The notes under the pieces: generated by a model | Database searches by the model: none | The model's input: the letters and a program-made list of their open reading frames with translations, nothing else | Told to the model about the DNA's origin: nothing | Part shown: positions 1-10,442 of the stretch, in pieces | Layout: each line of letters starts with the position of its first letter | Numbering within the stretch: the first letter of the stretch is position 1 | Program-made: the position numbers and the translations under genes | NCBI GenBank assembly: GCA_016721625.1 | Contig: JADKHR010000001.1 | Coordinates: 1,967,225-2,031,224, forward strand | Length of the DNA: 64,000 bases | Origin: Elusimicrobiota bacterium | GTDB taxonomy: Bacteria; Elusimicrobiota; Elusimicrobia; FEN-1173 | Reading direction: 5' to 3'

Positions 1-268
1 GGAAGGCCGCGGCACCGGGCGCCTCTTTTTAAACTATTTGTTTTCCGATTCAACGATCCAACCCGGCGACGAGGTGGCGACTTCGGGCCTGGGCGAGGTT
101 TATCCTGCCAATATCTCCGTGGGCTGGGTCTCCGACGTGCTGGATGCGGCGGGAGCCAGTTCCAAACGCGCCGCGGTGATTCCTTTCGCTCGGTTGGGTT
201 ACGTGCGCGAAGTGCTGATCCTGACCCGCACCGCCGGACCCGCCGCCGTGGAGAACCCTGTCCCATGA
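1..268 (+). CDS. mreC: rod shape-determining protein MreC, C-terminal part (5' end outside window)
   Basis: Frame open from window edge to stop at 266-268; translation ...TSGLGEVYPANISVGWVSDV... resembles the conserved MreC C-terminal region; followed by mreD-mrdA-rodA in the canonical order. Confidence 0.7.
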   Translation, partial: EGRGTGRLFLNYLFSDSTIQPGDEVATSGLGEVYPANISVGWVSDVLDAAGASSKRAAVIPFARLGYVREVLILTRTAGPAAVENPVP

Positions 269-774
269 AACGGCGCATTTTATTTTTCGTTCTGACGGCG
301 ATCCTGGGCTGGTCGTTCCAGCTGGTTTTCCTCTATTGGGCGCCGCCCGCCCTCCCGACCCCCCATTGGCTTCTTTTGGTGGTTCTGGCTCTCGGGGCCC
401 GGGGGCGGGTCCACCTAGCCATGGGGCTTGGTTTTCTCTGGGGGTTGGCCCTGGACGCCCATGGGATAACCGCTTTTGGGGTTCAGGGTTGGCTTCTGGC
501 CCTGGCGGGTTACGCTTCCGGAACCCTGTCCAAAAATCTGAACGCCAACGAGTTGGTGACCCAGGAATCTCTTGCGGTGGGTGGGACACTTCTTTTATGG
601 GCCGGGGTGTGGGGGTTGTCGCGGTTTTTCCAACCGGCCCTGGTGGGCCATCCCGGCGTGGGCCTGGCCCTGGGCCAAGTGGTTTTAAACGCGCTGACCG
701 CTCCCGCGGTTTTTTGGGCCACCGAGGTTTGGATCGGGCACTCGGTTCCCCGGTCCGAAACGCCCCATGCTTAA
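265..774 (+). CDS. mreD: rod shape-determining protein MreD
   Basis: 169-aa hydrophobic polytopic membrane ORF (MKRRILFFVLTAILGWSFQLVFLYW...); ATG overlaps mreC stop (ATGA); position between mreC and mrdA; call by synteny and composition. Confidence 0.65.
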   Translation: MKRRILFFVLTAILGWSFQLVFLYWAPPALPTPHWLLLVVLALGARGRVHLAMGLGFLWGLALDAHGITAFGVQGWLLALAGYASGTLSKNLNANELVTQESLAVGGTLLLWAGVWGLSRFFQPALVGHPGVGLALGQVVLNALTAPAVFWATEVWIGHSVPRSETPHA

Positions 775-2536
775 TCAGGAAAGCACGCCGTTCACAACCC
801 GGGACGACCGGCGCCTTTTTATTCTCTCTTCCCTAGCCACGGCGGCGTTCGTCACTCTGGTGTTCCGGCTCTTCTATCTCCAAGTTGTTTGCGGTTCGGA
901 CATGGCCCGCCGGGCCGAAATGAACAGCACTCAAATCCTTCCGCTCCTGGCCCCGCGGGGTCTCGTTTACGCCCGGGACGGCGCGGGGGAAGAAGTCCTT
1001 TTGGACAACGCCCCGCGGTTTTCCCTTTTCTACGCCCACAACCCCAAGGGCAGCGTCCCGCTGGAAAAAATGGAAAAAGAACTGGCGAGCCGACTGCCCC
1101 ACGCCGGAGCGGCGCTGATTCGGAAAATGGGGGAAGCCCGGAAGTCCGGAAAGATGACGCGGATCCTGACCAACATCCCGCGGGAGACCGCCCTGGCGCT
1201 CATGGAACGGCGGATCTTCCTGCCCGGTGTGAACGTTTTAGTCGAACCCCAACGCCGGGCGCGTTACGGCCAGCTGGCCTGCCATCTCTTGGGCTACGCG
1301 GGGGAGGTGGACGAAGGGGAACTTCGGCGCGCTCGGGATCAGGCCCTCCGTCCCGGCCAATGGGTCGGCAAAAACGGACTCGAAAAAATGTACGACCCTG
1401 ATCTGCGCGGCACCGACGGAGGCCTGCAGTTCGAAATGGACGCCGCCGGCCGCCACGTCCAGGTGGTTCGCCGAATTCCGTCGGTTCCAGGAGCCGACAT
1501 CCATCTCACGCTGGACCGACGGCTCCAATCCGTGGCCGAGGCCGGGTTGGGGGGATCTTCCACGGGGCGGGGGGCCGCCGTGGCGCTGGATCCCCGCACG
1601 GGGGCCGTGCTCGCCTTCGCCAGCGCGCCGGGCTACGATCCATCCCAAAATCTGGGCGATTACCTGGGGGATCCGGACCTGCCATTTTTTAATCGCGCGC
1701 TCCAGGGCATCTATCCGCCCGGCTCGATCTTCAAGATCGTGACGGCGGCCGCCGTCCTGAAAGACACCACGTGGAACACCCGGCAAAGCATTCTCTGCAC
1801 GGGTTCCTACGATCTGGGCACAAAAAAGTTCGGTTGCTGGAAACGCCACGGGGTTCTGGATTTTTTCGGGGCCGTGGCCTGGTCCTGCAACGTTTACTTC
1901 TACAACCTGGGCCGGACGGCGGGGCCCGATTCCATTGAAACCTACGCCAAAGCGTTTGGATTCGGTGAAAAGTCCGGACTGGATTTGCCTGGAGAGTCTC
2001 CCGGCCTCGTGCCGGGCCGGGACTGGAAAAGGCGCATCCAAAAGCAAGGGTGGTATGAAGGGGACACGTTGAATTTCTGCATCGGGCAAGGGGCCATGAC
2101 GGCGACGCCGCTCCAGGCGGCTGTTCTGCTGGCGGCCATCGCCAACGGCGGAACGGTGTGGCGGCCCTACGCGGTTTCCCACGCGGTGGGGCCGGACAAG
2201 AAAATCCTTTATCGGCGAGAGCCCGAGGCCCGCCGCCGGGTTGTTTTGGACGAACGCGTATGGTCTATTCTGCACCGGGCGCTGGAGGGCGTGGTCACCC
2301 AGGGGTCGGGCCGGGGCGTCTATCGGCCGGACCTGGTGATCGGGGCCAAAACCGGAACGGCGCAAAACCCCCATGGGGAGGACCACTCATGGTTCTCGGC
2401 TTACGCGGGTCGGCCGGGGGAACCGGCGGGGTTGGCGTTGGCCGTATTCGTCGAAAACGGCGGCCAGGGCTCGGTGGCGGCGGGCCCGATTGCCAAAGCG
2501 ATGATCGAGGCTTATTACCCGAGGCCGACCCCGTGA
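767..2536 (+). CDS. mrdA: penicillin-binding protein 2 (elongasome transpeptidase)
   Basis: 589-aa ORF with N-terminal membrane anchor and class B PBP motifs SxxK (GSIFKIV), SxN (SCNVYFY), KTG (KTGTAQ); followed by rodA. Confidence 0.9.
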   Translation: MLNQESTPFTTRDDRRLFILSSLATAAFVTLVFRLFYLQVVCGSDMARRAEMNSTQILPLLAPRGLVYARDGAGEEVLLDNAPRFSLFYAHNPKGSVPLEKMEKELASRLPHAGAALIRKMGEARKSGKMTRILTNIPRETALALMERRIFLPGVNVLVEPQRRARYGQLACHLLGYAGEVDEGELRRARDQALRPGQWVGKNGLEKMYDPDLRGTDGGLQFEMDAAGRHVQVVRRIPSVPGADIHLTLDRRLQSVAEAGLGGSSTGRGAAVALDPRTGAVLAFASAPGYDPSQNLGDYLGDPDLPFFNRALQGIYPPGSIFKIVTAAAVLKDTTWNTRQSILCTGSYDLGTKKFGCWKRHGVLDFFGAVAWSCNVYFYNLGRTAGPDSIETYAKAFGFGEKSGLDLPGESPGLVPGRDWKRRIQKQGWYEGDTLNFCIGQGAMTATPLQAAVLLAAIANGGTVWRPYAVSHAVGPDKKILYRREPEARRRVVLDERVWSILHRALEGVVTQGSGRGVYRPDLVIGAKTGTAQNPHGEDHSWFSAYAGRPGEPAGLALAVFVENGGQGSVAAGPIAKAMIEAYYPRPTP

Positions 2537-3906
2537 GAGTCGAAATCGTTCCGCGTTTTTTTCGCGCGGGGGAAACCACGGGCGGGCTCCGGGTGTTGGC
2601 CCGGCTGGATTGGAGCCTTCTGGCGTCGGTGATCGCGCTTTCCACCATGGGCCTGCTTTTTATTTTTTCCGCCACGATCCAGGGAGGCCACGCCTCGGCC
2701 TATTTGTCCCGCCAGGGGTTGGGCCTGGGGGTCGGGTTCCTGGCCATGTCGGTATTGGCCCTGATCCCCTACCAAGTGTTTCAGACGTACGCCAAAGGCG
2801 TATACCTCGCGAGTTTATTTCTCTTAGTGTTCACTCTCGTGGTGGGGACGCGGTTGAGGGGAAGCCGGTCCTGGATCGATTTGGGCGGCATCTATTTTCA
2901 ACCCGTGGAAGTCACGCGGCTCGCCCTGGCGGTGGCGCTGGCCGCTTATGTGGACGCCCGAAGCCGGGACGTCCGCCACTGGGACGGGGCCATCCCCCCC
3001 ATGCTCTTGGCGGCGGTTCATTTCGGGTTGGTGCTTCTTCAGCCGGACCTTTCCAGCACGCTGGTGATGGGGCCCATGACGTTGGCGGTCCTGTTCGCCG
3101 CGGGGGCTCCTTTGGGTTTGTTGGTGGCCACGCTGGCTTGCGCCGGTCTGGCGCTGGGCATTCCGCTCACCGGGACCTATTTTTCCATCGTTGGAGATCG
3201 TTGGGCCGACAGCCGGGCCATGACCTGGATCGCGCGGGCGTTCCAGGAGCCCGGGCCTCTTTTGCTGATGTGGTCCGGGGTTTCGGCGGCGGTGGTTTTC
3301 GGCTGGTGGTTCCTGCGGAAGTGGCGGGTCCATTTGTCGGGTTTCGTTTTGGCTGTTTCCTTGGGGGTGATCGCCGCGGGCGTGGCGGGATCGTTCGTGG
3401 TGGACCGCGCGCTCAAACCCTACCAGCGAAAACGCCTCATCGCTTTCGTGGATGCCGCCGTGGATCCGTTGGGGGCGGGGTACAATATTCTGCAGTCGGA
3501 AATCGCCGTGGGGTCCGGGCGATTGATCGGCAAGGGGTATCTCTCGGGAAGCCAGACTCAGCTGGGTTTCTTGCCGGAGAAACACACGGACTTTATTTTT
3601 TCCTTGGTGGGGGAGGAGACGGGTTTCGCCGGAGCGCTTTTTCTTTTGGCGATCTATTTCTGGGTGGCCTGGCGCGCTTTCGACATTGCCTTCACCGCCC
3701 GGGACCATTTCGGGCGGTACCTGGCGTCGGCGCTGGGCGCCTTTTTCGCTTTTTCAGGGCTCGTCAATATCGGCATGGCCATGGGGCTCATGCCCGTGAC
3801 GGGGGTACCCCTGCCCTTTCTCTCGTACGGGGGATCGGGCCTGGTGGGGTCCTTCATGGCCATCGGGTTGTTGTTGTCCATCCATTTGCGTCGTTACATT
3901 TTGTAA
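2533..3906 (+). CDS. rodA: SEDS-family peptidoglycan glycosyltransferase RodA
   Basis: In-frame GTG at 2533 overlaps mrdA stop (GTGA); polytopic membrane protein with conserved segments ...EKHTDFIFSLVGEETGF... and ...PLPFLSYGGSGL...; the ORF-track start at 2158 overlaps mrdA out of frame and is not used; alternative ATG at 2647. Confidence 0.85.
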   Translation: MRVEIVPRFFRAGETTGGLRVLARLDWSLLASVIALSTMGLLFIFSATIQGGHASAYLSRQGLGLGVGFLAMSVLALIPYQVFQTYAKGVYLASLFLLVFTLVVGTRLRGSRSWIDLGGIYFQPVEVTRLALAVALAAYVDARSRDVRHWDGAIPPMLLAAVHFGLVLLQPDLSSTLVMGPMTLAVLFAAGAPLGLLVATLACAGLALGIPLTGTYFSIVGDRWADSRAMTWIARAFQEPGPLLLMWSGVSAAVVFGWWFLRKWRVHLSGFVLAVSLGVIAAGVAGSFVVDRALKPYQRKRLIAFVDAAVDPLGAGYNILQSEIAVGSGRLIGKGYLSGSQTQLGFLPEKHTDFIFSLVGEETGFAGALFLLAIYFWVAWRAFDIAFTARDHFGRYLASALGAFFAFSGLVNIGMAMGLMPVTGVPLPFLSYGGSGLVGSFMAIGLLLSIHLRRYIL

Positions 3907-3926
3907 ACATTGAAAGGGAGTCACCT

Positions 3927-5354
3927 ATGAAAAGAGAAATTATCGCCAACGTTTTACCGGAAGAAACGCGGATCGCCGTTTTAGAGGAAGGGCATCTGGC
4001 GGAGTTCATGATCGAGCGCCCCGCGCTCGGCATGGCGAAACTGGTGGGCAACATCTACAAGGGGCGGCTGGAAAACGTTCTTCCCGGCATCTCCAGCGCC
4101 TTCGTGAGCACGGGGTTCGAAAAAAACGCCTACCTGTACGTGACGGACGTCGTCAGTTCGTCAAAGGACCGCCACATCGAGAAGATGCTCCGGCGGGGGG
4201 AAGAGCTGATGGTTCAGGTGGCCAAGGAAGCCATCAGCACCAAGGGGATGAAAGTGACCATGGACATTTCCATTCCAGGCCGCTATCTGATCTACATGCC
4301 GAAAAGCGAACACGTGGGCGTCTCCAAAAACATCGAGGACACCGAGGAGCGGGAACGACTGCGGCGCATCATTGACGAGGGGAATTTGCCGGGCGGCATG
4401 ATCGTCCGCACCGAAGCCGAGGGCGCCGACGAGGGCGAGCTGAAGGCCGAAATGAAATATTTGGCCAAACTGTGGGAAACCATTCAAAGGAAATACGAGA
4501 GTTCCCAACCCGGCACCTTGATCCACCGAGAACTGGGCCTGACGTTTCAGGTGGCGCGGGACCTGTTGACCAACGACGCGGCGATTTTTTTGATCGACGA
4601 CAAGGAGGAATACAAAGACGTCAAAAAGTTCGTGGAAACCCTGGCGCCGGAGTTCGCCGACCGCGTCCAGCACTACACCGGGAAAACGCCGATTTTCCAA
4701 GCCTTCGGCGTGGACCGAGAGTTGTCCCACATCCGCCAGCAAAGGATCGATCTCCCCTCGGGCGGTTACATCATCATCCAGGAGGCCGAGTCCCTCTGCG
4801 CCATCGACGTCAACACCGGCAAATTCGTCGGCCACAAATCCCAGGAAGAAACCGTCACGGCCACCAACCTGGAAGCCGCCGAGGAAGTGGCCAAACAGCT
4901 CCGGATCCGAAACATCGGCGGCATCATCGTGATCGATTTCATCGACATGCGGAGGAAACGGAACCAAATCAAAGTGGTGGAGGTCTTGGAGGAAGCCACG
5001 CGGAACGACCGGGCGAAAATTAAAATCCTACCCATCACGCGCCTGGGCTTAGTCGAGATGACCCGGGAACGCCGCCGGGAATCGCTGTTGTCCCTTCTCT
5101 CCGAACCCTGCGCCGAATGTGCCGGTTCGGGCAACGTCCTCTCCCGGGAGTCGATGTACCTAAAACTCCAGAAAGAAATCTTGGAAATGACCCAAGGCCG
5201 CTCGGAAGGCCGTCTCCAAATCACGCTCCCGCCCATCGTGGGCGACTTCGTCCGCGAACGCCAAGACCGCCTGGAAAAAATCATCAAACGCCCGCTCACC
5301 ATCGCCATCGACCCCACCCTCCCCTGGGAAGACTACCGCATCGTGATTGATTGA
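3927..5354 (+). CDS. rng: ribonuclease G (RNase E/G family)
   Basis: ATG at 3927 preceded by GGGAG ribosome-binding site; 475 aa; N-terminus MKREIIANVLPEETRIAVLEEG... typical of RNase E/G catalytic domain; size fits RNase G; the upstream 440 aa of ORF 2610..5354 is an out-of-frame shadow of rodA. Confidence 0.85.
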   Translation: MKREIIANVLPEETRIAVLEEGHLAEFMIERPALGMAKLVGNIYKGRLENVLPGISSAFVSTGFEKNAYLYVTDVVSSSKDRHIEKMLRRGEELMVQVAKEAISTKGMKVTMDISIPGRYLIYMPKSEHVGVSKNIEDTEERERLRRIIDEGNLPGGMIVRTEAEGADEGELKAEMKYLAKLWETIQRKYESSQPGTLIHRELGLTFQVARDLLTNDAAIFLIDDKEEYKDVKKFVETLAPEFADRVQHYTGKTPIFQAFGVDRELSHIRQQRIDLPSGGYIIIQEAESLCAIDVNTGKFVGHKSQEETVTATNLEAAEEVAKQLRIRNIGGIIVIDFIDMRRKRNQIKVVEVLEEATRNDRAKIKILPITRLGLVEMTRERRRESLLSLLSEPCAECAGSGNVLSRESMYLKLQKEILEMTQGRSEGRLQITLPPIVGDFVRERQDRLEKIIKRPLTIAIDPTLPWEDYRIVID

Positions 5355-5382
5355 CCGGGATCATAGGCGATTTTTTATGTCG

Positions 5383-5863
5383 AATAGGGGACGGTGATAA
5401 CTTTATAACTTAAAGAAGTTTTCATCCAACCGTCTTTCTTCTCGAAGAATGGCTTTTGATAACGTCGGTGGAAAAAGGAGAGAATTTGTTGGATTTCCGT
5501 GGCGGGGAATCCCATTTTTTCCCTTCCGACAAATACAACCAAATCCCTTCCACTGCGAGAATCGTCCGGGCTCAATGCTTCGGACGATGACGTCGTATAA
5601 CCCTCCAGGAACACGGAGACGTGGCTGGCGCGGCATTTTGGAAATAATAGAAATTCGTGTCTCTTTAGCCGCTTGGTTCATCCGATGACGCATGCATTTT
5701 GTAGTGGCCCCATGGAGGGGGCCACCTTTTTCCAGGACAAGGTCTTCTGACGGAAAATCGCCCGATAAATCGGGCCACTACAAAAATCGCTTCAGAGCGC
5801 TAAACTGACACAGAAATTCAATGGAGGGGGCCACTAAGTTATTAAATTATCACCGTCCTATTT
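5383..5863. mobile_element. MITE-like non-coding element bounded by ~28-bp imperfect terminal inverted repeats
   Basis: Left end aataggggacggtgataactttataactt (5383-5411) is the near reverse complement of right end aagttattaaattatcaccgtcctattt (5836-5863), sharing a 10-bp identical core ACGGTGATAA; internal 10-bp inverted pair gtagtggccc (5701-5710) / gggccactac (5772-5781) and 14-bp direct repeat atggagggggccac (5712-5725, 5821-5834); no protein-like ORF inside. Confidence 0.35.
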
Positions 5864-6185
5864 CTCTGCAACCGGCCATATGGTAGTATGTACCATGGTG
5901 GTTTGTGCGTTTTAAAACGGCCGGTTATTTTATCGCCCGGGACGTTTGATTTTTTTATTTGCACACCAACTGGGACGTTATCGGCGTGTGGGCTTGGTTA
6001 TGGAAAGTCAGGCGGCGCGGTTTGGCCGGCGTTACCGACAGGAATGGCCAGGTTTCAATTGGCTTCATTCTTAACATTTTTCCTTAAGAGCGAGTCATTG
6101 TGTTGCATGTAAGGAAACCGACAGGACAAAATTGTTTCATTGCTTTTTCTTCCTTTTGGGGTTATGCTCAATGAGGGGGTCATAA

Positions 6186-7910
6186 ATGCATACGTTATCG
6201 AATCGCTTTCGAGGTTCTTTTTGGAGGGGTATCGGGGTGTTGGGCGGGGGTATTCTGCTCGCTTTCCCGGTGCGGGCCGATTTATTTGAAACGATTGATT
6301 TTACCGGAACGGGCGCCGGGTATGACATGACCGCGGCTTCTTTTTCCTTCTTAAGCCTTCATGGCGCGGTTCAAGCGGGCGATATAAACGGAGACCAGTT
6401 AGCCGACGTCGTTATTCTGGCCGACGGCCGTGTCCAGGCGAACGATTTTCAAACCCCAGGGGGATGGATTCCTCCGACCCATTACCTGTACAATCCAATT
6501 AATCTCGCCGTCGCTGGCTCAAGTTCGCCCAACGTTTTGGCTGGGATTGTGGGAGCTCCCAACTCCACCTTTATCCAATATACCGGAGGGGACCTGGCCT
6601 GGTACCAAAACAATGGAAACGGGTATTTCGAACCTTGTTTTGTTAACCTCAACACCGGCAATCCCCCCGAAATTTACAACGGAAAAAATCTTCAAGTGGC
6701 GGATTTGGATGGCGACTCAGACAACGATATCGTTGTTTGGGCCAGTATGGAAACAACACAACCGACTTCGCTCTCGGCGCCGGGCGAGTGGCTTGGTTTG
6801 AAAGCATTCCTTTGACGACCAATAAAATACAGTTCAAACAATTCAATGCTGTTGATCCATGGAACACCCCAGGGCATTTTTCAGTGGGCTTAACTAGTTA
6901 CAGTGTCGATGATACGCAGGCGGGAACCTTGGTTAACATGAACTTGGACGGTAAATTAGACTTAGCCGTTTTGGCTCATGGCGGTGCCATTTTCGGGGAA
7001 TCAGGGCTATACGTTTTTAAAAACAATGGAGCCGGACCGGGTTTGTTCAGCCAAACAGTTGGGAATGTGGCTCCCGTCATAGTGGCCGGCGCCCCTATCG
7101 CGATCGGTTCGGCATTGTTATTTCGTCCGCCGACATCGATGGCGACACCTTTCCGGATCTGGTCATTGGCGAGGATGGCCCAACCGGCGGCAATGACCAG
7201 GAATTGTTTTACTTAAAGAATCCCAGCGGGGACATTTTTAGCGGCTTACCTTTCACCAAGGTCGTGGTCCATAACCAGTTCCCCGTCTTCCGCGCGGTGA
7301 CCGTCTCCGATGTGATTCCAGGCGGGTGCCAAGAGATCATCGCCGGGGGAAATCAGACCGGCTCGCCGATTTCCATTTTTTCCGGCAGTCTTCAGGGTGG
7401 CGCGAATTGCGTTAACTGGACCCAGACCCCGCTGGCCGGAGCGAACACCTTGGGCAATATACTCGACATCCGCGTGGCCGATTTCAATAACGACGGTTTG
7501 TTGGATATCGTTGCTTTTTCGGAGAGCGCTCCGAACCCCCTCCCCACTTTGCCGGCGGGAAAAAGCACGGTGACGACCCTCTGGCTGAACTCCGGATCGC
7601 TTCCCACGAACCCGATCACGGCCTGGAGATCCATCCCCTTGGTCGAAAACGGCGCTCTTCCGGCCATGAATATCACCCGGGGGGATTGGCTGTTAGTGAT
7701 TTTGACGGAGATGGGGATATGGATGTGGTGCGGTCCCACATTGAAACCAACCTCGCCTATTTCGAAAACAACTGGAACACGGAACGCCATGTGAAAGTCA
7801 TGACCACCATCGAGAAGAAGGGGTTCGTTCAGCGAGTGGTCTCCTTTCTGTACACTTTGCCGGACCGATCCGTGGGGCGGATCCTTGGGCAAGACGTGGG
7901 TGCCCCTTGA
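6186..7910 (+). pseudogene. FG-GAP/VCBS repeat beta-propeller protein with signal peptide, interrupted by at least three frame changes
   Basis: Four consecutive ORFs (6186-6815, 6737-7216, 7204-7794, 7686-7910) in frames 0,2,1,0 each carry FG-GAP-type motifs (DINGDQLADVVI, DLDGDSDNDIVV, NMNLDGKLDLAV, ADFNNDGLLDIV, SDFDGDGDMDVV); N-terminal signal peptide MHTLSNRFRGSFWRGIGVLGGGILLAFPVRA. Confidence 0.6.
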
Positions 7911-8601
7911 AAATCCTAAACGGGAAGGGCCGCCCCCGCGGCTTTACGCTCATTGAGATGGTGGTGGCTATTTCGTTGGTTTCCATTCTTGGCCTTTTTA
8001 TTTTCAAGATGATGCGGAATTTTGTCGATGGGTTAGGCGGGGTCCAGAGATCGATCCCTTTGCAAAGGGATCTGCAAATCGCCAAATACGTCATCGAAAA
8101 AGATCTTCTCTCGGCCCGCGCCATTCCATTGGAAACGCCGTCCCCAATTGCGGTTTTGAGGAAACGCCGACAGCGATGTCAACGACTTTGCCTCCTCCCC
8201 CGGGGGGATGGACGTGCGTCCCGTACCCGCCGACGATTTCAAACTCTCAATTTTCTTACCGAATAGGGTATATCAGCGGCCGTCCGGTCTCGGTGTTGAA
8301 TGGACATTACGGGCTGATCGTCTCTTTGGATGACAACAGGCAATTTGCCGCGCAATCGGCGACGTTTTCGTTGGTGGGCCAGAATATCTACCTGTTCGGG
8401 GTGGGGATCCGGACTTATAAATCAAATATCGGTCGGGGAGCGGACTCGGTGCTTCTAGGCGATCCCGTTCCCTGGCCTCCTCTTCTTTCCTCCGCACTGG
8501 CCATCACGCTCGCTTCTCCCCGCAAACATGGGTTTATCTTGTTTCCTCCTTTACGGCTGTTGGAACTTATAATTATCGGGTTGAAGCCGGAGCGTCCCTG
8601 A
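7907..8601 (+). CDS. prepilin-type N-terminal cleavage/methylation domain protein (type IV pilin-like pseudopilin), frame-shifted
   Basis: TTG start overlapping stop of FG-GAP gene; N-terminus MKILNGKGRPRGFTLIEMVVAISLVSIL has the canonical G/FTLIE prepilin motif followed by a hydrophobic helix; reading continues in another frame (8176-8601) with protein-like composition; C-terminal extent uncertain. Confidence 0.55.
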
Positions 8602-9061
8602 CGGATTCCTTTTACCCTCGACGCCGCGCATGACGACATTGTGGTGACGCCCCTCTCGTTGGACCTAACGACGACCAATGGGGTGACTTTCGAGTTCGAT
8701 CGATTTGAGGTGAGCGGCGCCACCAGTCGACGCGTACGGATACGATATCGTTTGGCGCCTCATGGAAATAGCGGGCAGTTGATCCGGGAACGGAGGCTGG
8801 TGCCCGGCAGCCCTTGGTCATCCCAAGGGTCGCTCAACAATATCCGGCGGCTTTGGGTGGGATGGGATTTTGGCCAGCCCAGGCCTGGGATCCTACCCAG
8901 CCCTCTCCCTTTCGGATTTTTCCAGAAAGGCATGAATTTTCCGCTCGTCATCTTTTTGGAATCGGGAGAGGTGGGGCCCCGCTCGGCGGATCGGTCGCGT
9001 CTCCGTCAACCACCCGGAACGCCCTCGAGTTGGTGTTTTCCGTTTTCCGGAGGCGCCTTAA

Positions 9062-9527
9062 ATGCGGTCCCGGGCCACTTCCAAGGGGCGTTCGTTCTCG
9101 CAAAGCGGTTTCACCTTTGGCGGAGATTGTGGTTTCCGTGATCATTCTGGTGCCGGTGATGATCCTTATCCTGTCCGTCTTCACGACGTCCATTCGCTCG
9201 GTGACGGATTCCTGGGACGTCACTCAAGTCCACCGCCGTGGCCCAGCGGTTGATCGACAAAATCCGTTCCATGAGGTGGGATGAAAATTTAAGTTCGGCT
9301 TCCTCCGTTTTGGGCCCGATAGCGGTGAATCGGGTCCTGGGGATTTCGATGACGTGGACGATTGGAATAACTTCAGCTTGCCGGACTCTTTAGCCTCCTC
9401 CGTGCGTTACGGAAGGCACGTGGATGGACTACGTGACCTCAACGCTTCCGGACAAGTGGTGTCATCTACCGCCCCAACGAATTGTAAAAGGGTGACTGTC
9501 CGGGTCACCAATGTGGTAGGAAAGTGA
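9062..9527 (+). pseudogene. second pilin-like pseudopilin, multiply frame-shifted
   Basis: ATG 9062 gives MRSRATSKGRSFSQSGFTF; adjacent frame continues AEIVVSVIILVPVMILILSVF (prepilin-like G-FT-x-x-E plus hydrophobic helix); downstream frames read ...GDFDDVDDWNNFSLPDSLASSVRYG...VTVRVTNVVGK to stop near 9525-9527. Confidence 0.4.
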
Positions 9528-10442
9528 CAGTCCTTTCCGTTCTCATCGTGAATACTTAGGATTGGCCATGAAAAAATCGATCCCTCAAGCATCAAAAAAA
9601 GCCGGGGCGGCGATCTTAATGATCGTGTTCTTGCTTTTAATCCTGTTGCCCTAACCATGATCCTCGTCAAATGGAGCGCCCTTCACCTGCGAGGAAGCAA
9701 CCGGGGCCGTATTCACATGGACGAATATTATTCCGGAATCACCGCTACCAACGCGGCACTCCTTAGTGCCAATAGCTGGACCTGGGATAATACACTACCC
9801 CAAACCAACAGCCAAGTTTTTTTGGGTAGCGGAACGGTGATTTCTGTGCAAATAACCCATGTCGGGACCCCCTAATCGGTACCCATTATCCGGGTTAACC
9901 CGAAAGGTGCAGTTGGTTCGCGGGAGTTGAAATTTGAGATGCGGTTCCTGTCGCGTCCCACCCATCGGGAACCAGTGCAATCTGCGTCGCCTATGGCGGT
10001 CGTTTTACTGTAAAATTGTCGACATGCGTAACAGATCGCTGTCGTTTCGAAAAAGGCGGGCCTTCCTGTCCGGCTCCCTTGAGTTTTCCGAACCTTTTAA
10101 ATCCAGAACCTATGGGCCCCTCTAAGAGGGTTCGTCCGTCTGATTCGAAGGCGGCGGGCCCCGCCGCTGATCGAATCCATTTTGTCGAGGCGGGGGGAGT
10201 GGCCGGCGTGCGGAAGACCTGCGAGGTTCGGCTGGACGACCTGCCTCCGGCGGCCCGGCGCGGGGTGCGGCACGCTTTTGCCTCATCCAGGGGGCGGGGC
10301 CTGGGCCGGGACCTGAAAACATGCCGTCTCTCTCCACCGCGGAGGCGAGGGATCCGGGACGTCCTTTTGGACGAAGCCTCGGTGCCTCTGGCCGCCCGGC
10401 CCTTGGTGAGATACCTTTCCCAACGCGCTTCCCCGGCTCGGC

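Noticed and set aside
1238-2386. 382-aa minus-strand ORF antisense to mrdA (and similar antisense ORFs 4161..4967, 10932..11540, 51692..52576, 61251..62534)
   Set aside because: Antisense to well-supported genes, Arg/Gly/Pro-rich, no motifs; classic shadow ORFs.
2610-3926. N-terminal 440 codons of ORF 2610..5354 (Gly/Arg/Pro-rich)
   Set aside because: Out-of-frame overlap of rodA with low-complexity composition typical of alternative frames in high-GC DNA; the real gene (rng) starts at ATG 3927 with its own RBS.
5375-5693. Small ORFs inside the MITE-like element (5375..5614 -, 5403..5693 -, 5449..5688 +)
   Set aside because: Mutually overlapping, no start context or protein-like composition; the region is better explained as a non-coding repeat element.
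9407-9670. 87-aa minus-strand ORF overlapping the pseudopilin region
   Set aside because: Antisense to a plus-strand region with pilin-like reading frames; no features of its own.
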